In this document: one piece after another, positions 37,913 through 51,844 of the stretch
Layout: every line of letters begins with the position of its first letter
How positions within the stretch are numbered: the stretch's first letter is position 1
Assembly (NCBI RefSeq): GCF_006345805.1
Contig: NC_042998.1
Coordinates: 86,614,001-86,678,000 of the forward strand
Length of the DNA: 64,000 nucleotides
Direction: 5' to 3'
DNA from: Octopus sinensis
Taxonomy: Eukaryota
Notes under the pieces: model-generated
What the model was told of the DNA's origin: nothing
Seen by the model: only the letters and a program-made list of their open reading frames with translations
The model's database searches: none
Position numbers and translations under genes: made by a program

Positions 37913-39174
37913 CTGGGTTGGCAACTAATTTTCTGCCGTTTTTTTTTTTAATTTAAATTTTTAAAAGGTTTAGTAAAAAATTACAACTAATAAATCGATT
38001 ATGCACTGACACTTTTTGTTTGCACTTTCTTCCCATAGTTCAACAAGATTTTCAATACCTCACTAGTAGAAATCACCCGATTTTGATTAGAAATATTGAT
38101 CCAACCAAGCTCTTAATTCTGCATCAGTATTGAATAAAATTCTGCACATAACACTTGAAAGAGATCAAAAGAGGTGAAAATCCGTTGGCACCAAATCAGG
38201 AGAGTACGGCAGGTGTGGAAGCACTTCCCAGCCATGTGTTTGAATGGCTTCCTTGATCATATTGGCGATATGAGGGCGGGCATTGTCATGCAACAGAAGA
38301 ACTCCATGCTGCCAATTAAGTCTTTTCTCTTGAATAGCCATGTTAAGTTGTTCCATCTGTTGAACATAGAGTTCTGTATTGACTGTTTGGTTCCATTCAA
38401 GCAATTCGTAATGGATAATCCCTTTCCAGTCCCACCATACGCACAACATCGTTTTACGCAGATGAAGATCTTGTTTCATGCGCGGTGTCGCATATTTACC
38501 GGGGCTAAGCCATTCCTTACACTGCTTCATATTGATGTACAGGCACCATTTTTTATCACCAGTAATGATTCGGTAAAGAAATCATTACTTGTGTCCATGA
38601 GTTGAGTGGTGACGAGCAAGCAAACCAGCAGAGATAGTGGCTTGTTGATTTTTGTTGTTGTCACTTAAAGCATGCAGAACCTATGCTCCATACTCCTGAA
38701 CTTTCCCATCGAGTGAAGACGCTTATCTATAGCAGTGTGGGAGCATTCCATTTTCTCTGCCAGTTCCTTTGTCATTTGACGAGAATTTTCGTGCAAAAGT
38801 TGGTTTAATCGCTCTTCATCTAACTCAACTGGATGGCCAGATCAAGGTGTGTCTTTGAGGTTAAAATTTCCATTTTTGAACTTGGCATGCCAATCACGAG
38901 CGGTTCTTTCAGCTATGGCAGCCTCTCCATACATAGCACAAATGTCACAAGCAGCTTTTGTGGCCTTAGAACCTTGATTAAAAGCAAAAAGAGGTGTCAA
39001 AAAGGCTCGATTTTCTTGACGTTCCATTTTAATGATCTCAAAATAAACAAAAATTAACTAAAATTAACGAGAAAAAGGAACAAAAGAGATTCCAAATTGA
39101 TTCAAAAATAGTATTCTTGAAAAAAATAAATTCCAAACTTAGAAAAAACTGCGGGAACTTGGTTGCCAACTCAA
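37913..39174 (-). mobile_element. Full-length decayed mariner (DD34D)
   Basis: TIRs (C/T)TG(G/A)GTTGGCAAC with TA duplication; MLCVWWDWKGIIHYE, LLHDNARPH, HLPYSPDLVPTDFHLF. Confidence 0.95.
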
Positions 39175-39310
39175 TAGATTTAGCGGAGTTCCCATTCTTA
39201 TTACAATATACTATTTCAGTATCCTGCATTTTAAGGGCTTCATATTTATGTATATATATGTGTGTGTGTGTATATATAAGCATGCATGTATGTGTATATA
39301 AATATATGTG

Positions 39311-39344
<34 letters not shown>

Positions 39345-39735
39345 GTATTTGTTGGCACTCCATTGGTTATGATGACGAGGGTTCCAGCTGATTCGATCGA
39401 CAGAACAGCCTGCTCATAAAATTAACATGCAAGTGGCTGAGCACTCCACAGACATGTGTACCCTTAATGTAGTTCTTGGGGATATTCAGGATGACACAGT
39501 GTGACAAGGCTGGCCCCTTTGAATTACTGGCACAACAGAAACATGAAATAAATGTGAGAGAAAGTTGTGGTGAAAGAGTACTGCAGGGTTCGCCACCATC
39601 CCCTGAGGGAACCTTGTAGAGCTTTCGGTGTGTTTTTGCTCAATAAACACTCACGACGCCCAATCTGGAAATTGAAACCGCGATCCTATGACCGCAAATC
39701 CGCTGACCTAACCACTGGGCCATTGCGCCTCCACA
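39345..39735 (-). mobile_element. tRNA-derived SINE
   Basis: Reverse complement of the 35806 family. Confidence 0.85.
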
Positions 39736-39827
39736 TATATAGATGTAGATATATGTATATAGCGGTGGTGCTCCAGAATGGCCGCGGCCTTCGGGCTAAA
39801 ACATATTTTGAGATTTAAGGATTTAAG

Positions 39828-39894
<67 letters not shown>

Positions 39895-39914
39895 GTATGT
39901 ATATATATATCCTC

Positions 39915-41090
39915 CTCATCATCATCATCATTTAACGTCTACTTTCCATGCTGGCATGGGTTGGACGGTTTGACTGTGGATGGGCTACCCAGATGGCTGC
40001 GTCAAGCTCCAATCTGATCTGGCAGAGTTTCTACAGCTGGATGCCCTTCCTAACGCCAACCACTCTGAGGGTGTAGTGGGTGCTTTTATGTGCCACCAGC
40101 ACAAGGGCCAGTCAGACGGTACTGGCAACAGTCACGCTCAAATGATGTTTTTTATGTGCCACCTACACAGGAGCCCGTCCAGCGGCAATGACCTCTTTCG
40201 AATGTTGTCTTTCACCTGCCACTGGCACAAGTGCCAGTAAGGCGACGCTGGTAACGATCACACTTGAATGGTGCTTTTTATGTTCCAGCTGCCCTGGCAA
40301 CCATCACACTCGTATGGTGCTCTTAATATTTCACTAGCACAGATGCCAGTCAGGCAGTGCTGTCATCGGCCACATCAGTGATTTTGATTTTGATTTCACT
40401 AGCCTCAACAGTTCTTCGCAAGCAGAGTTTAGTGTCCAATGAAAGAAAGGTATGCATAAGTGGGCTGGTACACCCCTGGCATAAGCCACGGGTTATGGTC
40501 TCACTTGGCTTGCTGGGTTTTCTCTCACACACTGTCTTGCAATACGAAATACCTCAAGTCTTTGGTTCTCACGGCGCAGAACATTGGCAAATTTTTTCTT
40601 ATCTGCTTCCCCTCTGGCTAAATAAACCTGTATCGTAGCTTCCTTTCTGGCAGTCCGATACAATTCCCTGCTACCACCGTTGAAGTCACCAGCCACAAAG
40701 AGAAGGTCCTGTCATTTGTCAACAAGGTAGTCTGCAAGAGGCTGTCATAAACTTGGTCTTTCTGTCAATCAGGTAGCCCTGGCTGAGGGGAATAGGCCCA
40801 GATAATGGTTGCTAACCTATGATGAAGCACTAATCTAATCTGTATTTTGCCCATAAAATCTTGTACCTGTGTTCTTTGCCTGTGAGGAACATAGTAGAAC
40901 CTCCTCTCTACTTTACTTCTAGGAGGCAACACATATCGACACATCTCTGTTCAAGCATCTCAACAATCTCACCAGACCTACCTTTCAGTGTACTGATGTT
41001 GAGAGTGCTAACCCTGAGGGTGTGGGAGGTGTGGGCCTGTGAGACTCTGGAACAGGGGACAGCAGTGTCATGTACCTGAAAAGAAAGCTC
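39915..41090 (-). mobile_element. SINE/RTE tail plus RTE APE-endonuclease 5' fragment
   Basis: LRVSTLNISTLKGRSGEIVEMLEQRCVDMCCLLEVK; NQRLEVFRIARQCVREN. Confidence 0.8.
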
Positions 41091-43170
41091 GCATTTGGCA
41101 GAATTCATAAACAAACAATAGCCTTCAATTCAACCTGCATACACTACACCATCATATTTATGCACTATATGATCACTACCTTACACAGGAGATAAGCCCT
41201 AAGTAGGGGTGGATGGTGTAAAGCCTTTAGAAGTGTTCATGGGAGACAACCAAAGGATGACAAAGGATAGGAACTTCTGGTACAGGTGGAAGGGGTGGGA
41301 GGGCCATCATACTGTGAACTAGCAAATTTAGACCATATGTATTCTTTCAGCAGAGGTATTAAAAAATTGAGTCGGGGAATCTGAGTGCATTTGCTAGTTT
41401 ATATAGGGTGGGGTGGGGCTGGAGGAGGGAGTCTTGGTGAAGCGAGTGGTAATCAAAAGAGAGAGAGACAGACAGAGTGAGGCTGAGAGAGAGAGAGAGA
41501 TACAGACTGAGGCCGAGAGAGAGAGAGAGGGCACCAGAGTTAAGGTGGTCAGAACACGAGGGAGACAAATATTCTTTTGGGATTTGGGTAGCATAATTTA
41601 ACGAAACAACAAATATTGATAATAGTAAAATAAAGTTGAAAAATCTTAGAGTTTTCGGTCAACCAATCTATGACAAAATTAGAGAAATAAGTGACTGTGT
41701 GAGAAACTTGAATAAATGAATATGTTGTGGTTAAGGAAATGCGTAAACTAAGGTTATCTTAAGACAACAACAAGGAAGATGAAACTTTTGAAACTATATT
41801 TACATGTTGACATGGTAATGAAATAGACAGAATAATGAAAAGAACTAATAAGGGGTTTATGATCTGTGCAGAAATAGAAGAGTAGATGAACGAGGTTGAA
41901 AAGACAAAAATTCTTATCTGAGCATCTTCTGAGATTTGTATACTTCAGCAGAGGTATTAAAATTCGAGTAGGGGGAATCCGAGTGTGTGCGTTAGTTTAT
42001 ATATGGTGGTGGTGGTGGTGGTGGTAGTGTAGGAAGTCTTGGCGAAGCGACAAGACAGTTTTAATGGAGATAAAGCTCCAATATATAATACAACTTTTTT
42101 TTCGCTCATATATGAACCAAAGATTAAGAAATTTTAACCAACTGAAATTTCACCATATAGTACCTTACTGGATTTTACCATGAGAAAGGAACCCTAAGGA
42201 AGGAAATGTTTTTATACAGGGAGTTAAATTTGGATTAGTTCTTAGAGTCCCTTAAAACTTTTCTGAAACCGCTATAGGTTTGGACTGATCCTCCCAATCG
42301 CCTCCTTTAATCTATTCTAACTATACTTTATACTTTCATGGTACTCCTTATATACTTTTTATGTTTTTTATTTTTTATGTTTATATTCTTATATTTCTAT
42401 ATTCTTATCATACAACCCTGCTGTACCCTTTCACCACATCTTTCTCTCACTCATTCTTCCTGTTTCTGTTGTACCTGTATTTCAAAGAGCCAGCCTTGTC
42501 ACACTTTGTGTCACACTGAATCTCCCTGAGAACTACGTTAAGGGTACACATGTACAGGCTGTTCCGTTGATCGGATTAACTGGAACCCTCAACGTCATTA
42601 TCGACTGAGTGCCAACCACCATATATATATATATATATATATGTAAAAAAGCATAAGAACTGTTTCAAAGCACTTTCCTGAATCTCTAATGATTCTGCCT
42701 GCTCCACTTGTAACACCCTTCTGCCTAACTCAAAAGAAAAAATGCCAAATTTGGCCTGGGTGGGATTTGAATTCAGAATATAAAAATTTGCAACAAATAT
42801 CACAAAGAATTTTGTCTGACATTCTAATGAATCTGTCAATCCAACACCATTGTTTAATTCTAATATGAGTTAGATTTGTCAAAGTCCATTCATTGTACTT
42901 TGCAACCACAAAAATGACATGCACGCTATACTTCAGTCCACTTGAATCAGAATGATAATGAAGGGACTTTGCCAAACTTCTCTGAATGAGTGAGTGATTG
43001 AACATTTAATGAAGCAAATTGATTAGTTAACTGGTTAAATAGTTAGCCAATTAACAAATATAAATAAAGAAGTGAAATACAACCAGTACTTATTATTGGC
43101 ACATGACCGTCCAAGCATACAGCATAACATGTTTCAACACATGACTTCACATCAAGAATCTTGCAAATCA

Positions 43171-44433
43171 TTGGGTTGTCTAGAAAGTTCAAGCCGATTT
43201 ATAGTAGCTTAACTTTTGACTTATTTTAGAACATGGTTGAGTCCATAAAATAGGATTTGACTACACCACCATTCAGAGCACAGTTTAAGCTATCTTTTCG
43301 TGGAAGAAGGTTTATGTTTCTATCACCTGTGTTAATTCTGTAACACTTTAAAATGGAAGACAAGAAAATTCATTTTCGGCACTTGACGCTTTTCTTTTTC
43401 TGTAAAGGGAAAAATACCTCACAAGCAACAAAGAAATATGCGCAGTTTATGCTGATGTTTCTTTATCCAAAAGAACTGTACGGAAGTGGTTCACAAGGTT
43501 CTGAGCAGGAGATTGTAGCCTTATTGATAAAGAGCAATCAGGCAGATCATCCACTACAGATGATGACCATATCAAGTCATTATTTGAGAATAACCCACAT
43601 TGCGCAACCTGAGAATTGGCAGAAAGCCTCAACCTATCAAAATCCATCATTCATGAGCACCTGGTAAAGCTTAGGCCTACAAATCGCTATGATGTTTGGG
43701 TACAACATGAGTTGAGTGAGAAGAACCTTTTGGATGGCATTTCCATCTATGATTCACTTTATAAACGGAATGAAAATGCACCTTTTTTAAAGCAAATTGT
43801 GACAGGTGATGAAAAATGGATTATCTACCGAAATATTCAGAGAAAGCGAACCTGGAGTAAGCGGCATGAGCCATCCTTAGCTACCCCAAAAGTCTTGCTT
43901 TCTGTGTGGTGGGATTAGAAAAGAATTCTGTACTATGAGCTTCTCCCATGTAACCAGACAATTAATTCTGAGAAATACTGCACACAACTGGATGAGTTAA
44001 AAGCAGTAATTCAAGAGAAACTTCCAGAATTGGCCAACAGGAAGGGTGTTGTTTTCTGACATGATAATGCAAGACCGCATGTTTCTTTGGGAACCAGGCA
44101 AAAATTGCTGCAGCTCAGCTGGGATGTGTTACCCCCACCCTCCATATTCACTAGATATTGCTCCTTCGGATTTCCACTTATTTAGATCTCTGCAGAATAG
44201 TCTTAATGATAAAAATTTCGATTCCTTGGATGACACAAAAAGATACCTTGATGAATTCTTTGCCATGAAGCTACCTCAATTCTGGGAAGAGGGTATTTTC
44301 AAGTTAAAGGAAAGAGGGAGACGTATTGTGCAACAAAGTGGTTCATATTTGGTTGATTAAAAATGTAATGGCAAGTATTTATTGACCTTTTACTTTCCTT
44401 TAAAAATTGACACAAACTTTCCAGACAACCCAA
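43171..44433 (+). mobile_element. Full-length decayed mariner (DD34D)
   Basis: TIRs TTGGGTTGTCT(A/G)GAAAGTT; [49 protein letters not shown]. Confidence 0.95.
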
Positions 44434-45642
44434 TAAAATCAAACCAAAATTAATTATAGTTATTTCTCTTATCAGGTCAGCTACAATTTTATGTTCTCTG
44501 TATTATCTTCACTGCTGCAGATATAAAGAGGTTTGCAGTGTTACATAGATAAATATATGACAGTGTAATAATTGTTATCTCAAGATAAAATTGTTTGTTC
44601 ACTAATCTCTGGGTGCATAATAAGCAAAGGTGAACTTTAAAACCATTTGCCATTTTAACTTATGAAGATTTACCTCTAACATCATAAAATTTTTAATGGA
44701 TCTTGCAATAAGGTAAGTTCTGTTTAAGAATGATGTCATGGATTTTTTTTTTCTTTATACACAATACCATGTGTAGTTATATGTAACATGTATTTTAATG
44801 TGTGAGTTTTTACATATAATTGGAAACAGATATATAAACCCAGGTCTGCTCACACATACATATGCATGTATACAAATATAGGTATATCAGATATGTATAC
44901 AAATGTAAATCTCTCTCTCTCTCTCTCTCTATCAGCTTAGTCTTTACTGTTGGAGAAAAGAATGCTCAATACCATAGTAGAGCTTAATATTTTAATTACT
45001 GCCATGTCAGTCTCTTGCTACTCAGAGTTTTGCTTATGAGTAACTTGTTTAAGTACAAGTGTATGAATAGGTGAAGCAACACTCAGAAGAGTTAGAGAAT
45101 AAATTAATCCAAACAGGAATAACAGACATATACACTCATCATCAATATTTAATATCCGCTTTCCATGCTGGCATGGGCTGGACAGTTTGATGTGAGCTGG
45201 TCAGTTGGAGAGCTGTCCAGGCTCCAGTTGTCTGTTTTGGGCATTTTTTCTACAGCTGGATGTCCTTCCTAATGCCAACTAATTTACAGTATGTACTGCG
45301 TGCCTTTTGCATGCCACTGGCATGAGTGTCGTTATGTAACACTGACACAAATACATTTTACTTGTCACTGGCACCTGCAAGACAAAGACTTCTCAGCTGG
45401 AAGTGTGTGTAGGTGCATGGCCATAAGCAATATGCCTGTGTTTATGGATGGCTGTGATTTTATCTAACTTGATGCGTCTTCTCAAGTACAGGAAATTGTC
45501 ACACGTCCTGGTCCTTTGTCAACCCAGTGCCAGAAGATCCTTTCTCACCACTTCATCCCATGTCTTACTGAGTCTACCCCTTTCACAGGTTCCCTTCATA
45601 ATTAGAGATCAGCAGTTCTTTAAGATGCTGTCCTCATCCATA

Positions 45643-45682
<40 letters not shown>

Positions 45683-45904
45683 TATTTAATTTAGAGACAA
45701 ACTGCTATTTAGTTATTTCATAATAGCAAAAAGATATTATCTATAATAACCACATAGAAATTAATTAAATATCTTATAATTATCATTCTAAAAATCTCAT
45801 AACAAATCAAACATTAATATATTGTGAATTTTGATTCAGTGTGCTAAATTGAAATCTTTTTCCCTTTTAGCTTGAAATTATTATATTCCCTAACTATTAA
45901 TAAT

Positions 45905-46530
45905 ATTAATATATATATAATGGCATTTTTATATAAGCTTAAAGCTTATGGTGATCACCATGCAGTAACTAAGGAAAATAGTCTAATAAAGGGACATATT
46001 AGCCCTCAACAGAAAAATGAAGGCTTTCTTATCTATGTGAGATTCAAAGCCACATTCCTTTGTTAATGCGACTGTGTTACCTTTACATCAATGAATCACC
46101 CTCCTTTTTCCTTTCAAATTTAAGAACTATAATAGTTCATGTTTGTGTTTGTTTTTTTTTTTAATGTAAAAAAACTTTCTATATGCTTTTGGTGTGACTG
46201 TTTTTTTTTATTTGGTGCTATTTTAAAAATCCTGTAAATACTAATAATGGTATTTTTATATAAACTTAAAGCTTATGGTGATCACCATGCAATGACTTAG
46301 CCACATTAACAAAGGGATGTGGGTTCGATTTCATGTGAATAGGAAAGCCTTCTTTTTTCTGTTGAGTGCTTATATGCCCCTTTATTAGACTATTTTCCTT
46401 AGTCATTGGATGGTGATCGCCATAAGCTTTAAACTTATATAAAAATGCCCTTATTATTATTTACAGGATTGTAAAAATGGTGCCATATAAAAAAAAAAAA
46501 ACATTCACACTGAAAGCATATTTATATATA
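45905..46530. repeat. Three-part direct plus inverted repeat of one unclassified element
   Basis: aaagcttatggtgatcaccatg at ~45930 and ~46266 (+), and its reverse complement at ~46410-46435. Confidence 0.85.
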
Positions 46531-47052
46531 TTGTATTATATAAGACGAAAAATCAAAACCAAGACTGAACGAGTATCTCAGGTAATTTAGAATTTAAATT
46601 ATGGTAATTTGAAGTCTTGCAGCCATTTATGAGATAACCCTAGTGGTTGGCATGTCCATGCACAGGGTATTCTGTCATCAGAGACAAGGTATGAATACTT
46701 AGACGAGGAAAATTTACAGATTACATGAAATGAAATTAATAGGATTAAAACAGAAAAACAGAGGAGTGAAAATAGAAGAATAAACAGTAAAAGTAGTTAG
46801 AAAAATATAGGCAAGAGAATTATTCTTCTAACTACTTTTAATCTGTATATTTCTATTTTATTCTTTATAAATTGTGATTTACATTCCTTGCAATCTGCAA
46901 ATTTTTCCCATCTAAATATTCATACCATGTCTCTGATGATGGAATAGCCATCCATATTTAAGTTCATGCAATTGAAACAACCACATTATTTATGGATGAC
47001 CCAATATATACATACATACATACATACATACATACATACATACATACATACA

Positions 47053-47151
<99 letters not shown>

Positions 47152-47262
47152 ATTTAGGAATGGTCATTTTGCCAGTTTAGCCAATAAAAACACACGCACT
47201 ATATATTTAGTGTTACTTTGCTTCAGCGTTATTTATTTTTTACATTAATCTTAATCTTATTT

Positions 47263-47308
47263 CAGCCAGAATTCTTTCGTCACGCTCCTGTGACCTCATC
47301 AGTGGTCC
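47263..47308 (-). ncRNA. Hammerhead ribozyme-like motif
   Basis: CTGATGA-G-GTCAC-aggagc-GTGAC-GAAA-GAATTC; stem I CCA/TGG; stem III is non-canonical. Confidence 0.55.
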
Positions 47309-47557
47309 TTTGCTTTCTTCTTTTTTATTTGTTTGTCTCTCCTTACTAACGGTCAGCCATTTTGTATTTTGTATTCCTATTGTATGTGTCTTCATTTGCG
47401 CATACGTATACCTCTATGTGTGTCTATGTTTAGTTAGTGTGTGTGTATGGTGGGGGGGTGAAGTGCCTGTAATATTTGTATCTCCTGTTTATATACGTTT
47501 ATGTAATTTGTTTTTTGTTTTTGTTTATTTTTATTTTGTTCATGTGTTTACACCTAC

Positions 47558-47593
<36 letters not shown>

Positions 47594-47869
47594 TTTATTA
47601 TTATTATTATTATTATCATTAATGATGAGGAGGATTGATCTTATAGATTGTGTGTATATTTATTATATATATTTGTAATGGACTATTAAGTCCAATAATT
47701 GTTGCTTTTGATGGAAAAAGAAGAACAATGTTTTAGAGAAGTAGAAAATCGACGGGCATTTTCTGCCTTCTCTCGTCAATATTATCCTTGTTTCATCATT
47801 CACCTCATCAATGTATATGTCCAGCCCGCAAGCTACTCTTTGTAATGCCTTTATGGCAAATCTTAATGA

Positions 47870-48260
47870 AATAAGTAGCTTGCTTACCAACCACATGGTT
47901 CTGGGTTCAGTCTCACTGCATGGCACCTTGGGCAAGTGTCTTCTACTACAGCCTCGGGCCGACCAAAGCCTTGTGAGTGAATTTGGTAGACGGCAACTGA
48001 AAGAAGCCAGTCATATATATATGTATATGTGTATATACATATATGTGTGTGTTTGTTGTCTGTGTTTGCCCCCACCCCCCAACATCGCTTGACAACCGAT
48101 GCTGGTGTGTTTACGTCCCTGTAGTCTACCAGTTCAGCAAAAGAGACTGATAGAATAAGTACTAGGCTTACAAAGAATAAGTCCTGCTCGACTAAAGGCA
48201 GTGCTCCAGCATGGCCACAGTCAAATGACTGAAACAAATAAAAGAGTAAAAGAGTAACTG
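47870..48260 (+). mobile_element. tRNA-derived SINE (second family)
   Basis: B-box-like GGTTCAGTCTC; tail shared with 8365 and 49990. Confidence 0.8.
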
Positions 48261-48319
48261 CTTTGTCTATGTATAATAGATCATGAGTTCCTCTAGCCTT
48301 CAATCTTTCTGTTTCTCTG

Positions 48320-51000
48320 GTAGCAAATTTTGTCTGACAAGGTGCTTATAAATGCTTTCCGAGAGCTTTCCTCTTAAAAGCTGCCATATCATGGTAAGCA
48401 AATGATTGGTCTATTACTACTAGCTTACATTGCCCTTGCTTTTGTCTTTCATAAGGAGAATTGTTCTTCTAGTCATTCAATCTGATATTACTCCTTCATA
48501 CAGGCAATCTTGAAGTTATTCCCTCAGAGTCCCATGTAAGCAACCAAATTTCTATAACCAGTAGCCTTGGACTAAATTCGGTCCCAGGCCCTTCCAATTC
48601 AGCATTTTCCCTAATGCTTTACTTATTAATTCTCTGGTTAGTTTTATCTCTGGCTGATTCTCACTAATGACTTCTTCCTTTACTTTCTTTAACCATGCTT
48701 CATTTCCATTATGATTGATTGGCTTATCTCAAATATTACTTCAGAATTTCCTGCTTCTGCATCCGGTTTCTCAGTACTTTCTTCTCTGCTATTTATTTGC
48801 TGATAAAATTTCCTCTGGTCTGTCTCAAACAATTTTTTTCTGTTAATACTGATCTATTCTTTTATACAATCTGGAAAACATCCTTGCTACACTGTTTCAA
48901 CTCTGTTGCATCTCTTCCATGTTAATCCATTTCTTGATGGCATTTCCATGAGGAAATAGACATAAAACCTAGTTTAGTGCAGCTCAAAAAGAAAAAAGTG
49001 ATATTAAGGACAACTAGGATACTTAGGAAGGTTCTTGGAATCTAAGGTTTCTTGTTGTAGCCTGTTAGACATTTTTCATTTCCACTGGTTTAATCTGTTG
49101 CTCATATGTAAAATAATTATAATAATCATAAACAACAACAATAATAATAAGAGGATCACTGCAAAAAGTCTGAAGATCAGAAGATTTGTGAACAGAAATA
49201 AGCACTTCAAGAAGAACAGATTATTCAAAAATAACCCAAAGCAATTCTTCCGAACGGTAGGAGACAATGGGAAAAATGTTGCTCCTCATGCAAATCAAGC
49301 CAAAGAGTTCTGGAGTAGATTATGGGGAAACAATGTAGTGCATAGAAGGGATGTAATGCGGATAGGAACTATCACAACAAAATTACAAGGAGGAAAGAAA
49401 CAAAGGAATATTATCATAAGCACGGGTGAAAGAACAAGTGGGTAAAGTGCCTAACTGGAAAGACCCTGGACCAGATGGGATTCATGGCTTTTGGCTGAAG
49501 AGATGCCACACAGTACAAGAGATGTCACACAGCCCAATTGAATGAGTGTGTCCAGAAAGATACACTCCCCACGTGGATGGAGACTGGGCGAACAACATTT
49601 ATAATGAAAAATAGAAGAAAGGGGAATAGGGTGGGGAATCTACTGTCCTATAGCATGCCTAAGCATAATCTGGAAGATACTCACTGGAATATGTGCAGCA
49701 AAGACATATACTTTCCTGGCACAGGAAGAAATACTACCAAGGGCAAAAAAAGGATGTAGGAAGAGTTCTCAGGGTACCAAGGATCACCTGGTCATCAATA
49801 AAACAGTTTAAAGTCATTCTAAAAAAAATCATACAAACATGTCTATGGCTTGAATTGACTTTAAGAAGGCATAAGATATGATGACTCATTCTTGGATGTT
49901 TGTGTGTCTGTGTTTGCCGCCCCGCCCCCCAACATTGCTTGACAACCGATGCTGGTCTGTTTATGTCCCCGTAACTTAGCAGTTTGATAAAAGAGACCGA
50001 TAGAATAAGTACTGGGGTCAATTTACTTGACTAAAGGCGGTGCTCCAACATGGCCACAGTCAAGTGACTGAAATAAGTAAAAGAGTAAAAGAGTACCTGC
50101 AGATGTTTGGTATTGGTGACATCACAAACTTTCTGATGCATAGCATGGATGAATGGAAAGCCAAATTGTATTCAAACAATGTTTTCCTTGGAGAAGTTGA
50201 TATTAAAAGGGGTATCTTCCAAGGTGACTCGTTTTCACTTTTGCTATTTGCAATAGCACTAATATCCATAACGATGACACACAGGAAAGTTGAGATGGGT
50301 TACTGATGTGAGAAGAAAGGCCCATCATTGAACCATCTTCTATATTTGTGTTGTGCCAATTTTGAGAATTCACAAACCATACCATTTCACCCCTCTCACC
50401 ACACTTTCTGCATTTGTTGTTCTCAGTTGTGTTGCCAATTCTGCACATTGCATAGTTTATCTTTAATGCTTGTTCTTGGGCATCTCTCTCTATCTTCAGG
50501 TCACTCTTCTGCATCCATAACCATCAGTCTTCAATATCTGTCTTGGCGTTTGTATCTCTTGCAAACTGACCATATATTTTTTCTCTTCCATGCTGTTTCT
50601 TTTTTTTTGTGTTCTTTTCCTCTTTAAATTTTTCTTTCTTTACACAATTATCTGTTTTAATGATGCTGGCTTTCTTCACATATTTCAACAATAGTTCCAC
50701 AGTATTTTTTACATACCACCCTAAAATGTATTTTATTCTATCTGGTTTATTTTGAGCCCAACACCAATCTCGTTCTTTGGAAATATTCCATCTTCAGTTA
50801 CTCTTTCATTTCCTTCTCCATTATCTCATTGAACTCTGGTATGCCAAGGTATCTGTAGCCTTCATTTTCAATTCGTTTAATCTGGTCTCCATTAGGTAAT
50901 TCTATCCCTGCTAGGGACTGTACCTTGCCACTTTTCAAGTACATTGTACCATACTTCTTGAGCCCAAACTCCATTCTAAGGTACATCATATCATATTTCT
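48320..51000. mobile_element. Nest of R4/Dong-like LINE fragments in both orientations, with a SINE insert (49900-50095)
   Basis: + strand: ILRTTRILRKVLGI* with (TAA)n tail, WKDPGPDGIHGFWLK, RGIFQGDSFSLLLF; - strand: NWKGLGPNLVQGYWL, CRKCGERGE, EGYRYLGI. Confidence 0.85.
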
Positions 51001-51339
51001 GGTGTCCGTGCTCATAACTCTAAGAAAAATTCATTTTATAGTTTCAGTTTCTTGATGTTTTCTAATAAAGTTAAAAGTGAGTGATGGAAAAGTGAGTTGG
51101 TAAAGAAAGGGCTGATCAGTTGAGCAGGCTTGATCTTCTGTTGGATTTATAAAGGTCAAGAAGGTAGAAAGGTATTTTAAGGAAGGTAAAATCAGTTCTG
51201 TTTTCTTTGTGGTATGTTATTTGTATGTGTGACTGTGTTCCATCTCTTGTGGAACTTTGCCACCATCCCTATCCTGCCTACTTTTTCTCTCTCTCTCTCT
51301 CTCTCTCATTCTCCTCTCTCTCTCTCTTTCTCTCCAGCT

Positions 51340-51460
51340 GGTAATTAACAAGTTGACAGAGACGGGCATCAAAGCTGTTCCTAACCCTCCTTACAGTCTA
51401 GACCTTTCTTCCTGTGAGTTTTGGTTGTTCCCCAAGTTGAAGGAGAACATCAGGGACGAC
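51340..51460 (+). mobile_element. Mariner fragment
   Basis: PNPPYSLDLSSCEFWLFPKLKE. Confidence 0.8.
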
Positions 51461-51792
51461 AGTCGTTTGAAAGATGAAGGGTGCTTTGGCAAGGGGAAGG
51501 AATATTTCCTGTCATGGAGCTCAGATGTTTTGAGGAAGTCTAGAAATAGTATTTTCTAGAAAATATTGCTCAAAGGCAACAGAGTTAATAACATTTTGAT
51601 GGATATTTCTAATAAAGAATAACAGGAAAGAACTTATTTCAATTTGACTAAATACTGTAATATATATAATGTCGCTGCAGAATTTCTTGACATTTTGAAA
51701 TATTACAAAAAAAAAGAATGAAATAAAATTCAAATGAAAAATACATGTCTCTTTTTTTTTAATCTTGTTTCAGTAACAAAATATTGAGCAAG

Positions 51793-51844
51793 ATGCTTTC
51801 CATCATTTTCATTGGTTTGTTGTTGATGCTTGGCACAGTTGAAG
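51793..51844 (+). CDS. Second cadherin-like gene, signal-peptide exon (MLSIIFIGLLLMLGTVE)
   Basis: Strong T-tract ttgtttcag acceptor (exon starts 51774), aagATG start, hydrophobic leader, phase-1 gtacag donor in frame with the next exon. Confidence 0.7.

Noticed and set aside
46933-46985. CTGATGA...GAAAC possible hammerhead
   Set aside because: No stem III or NUH site after GAAAC, and stem II is not anchored
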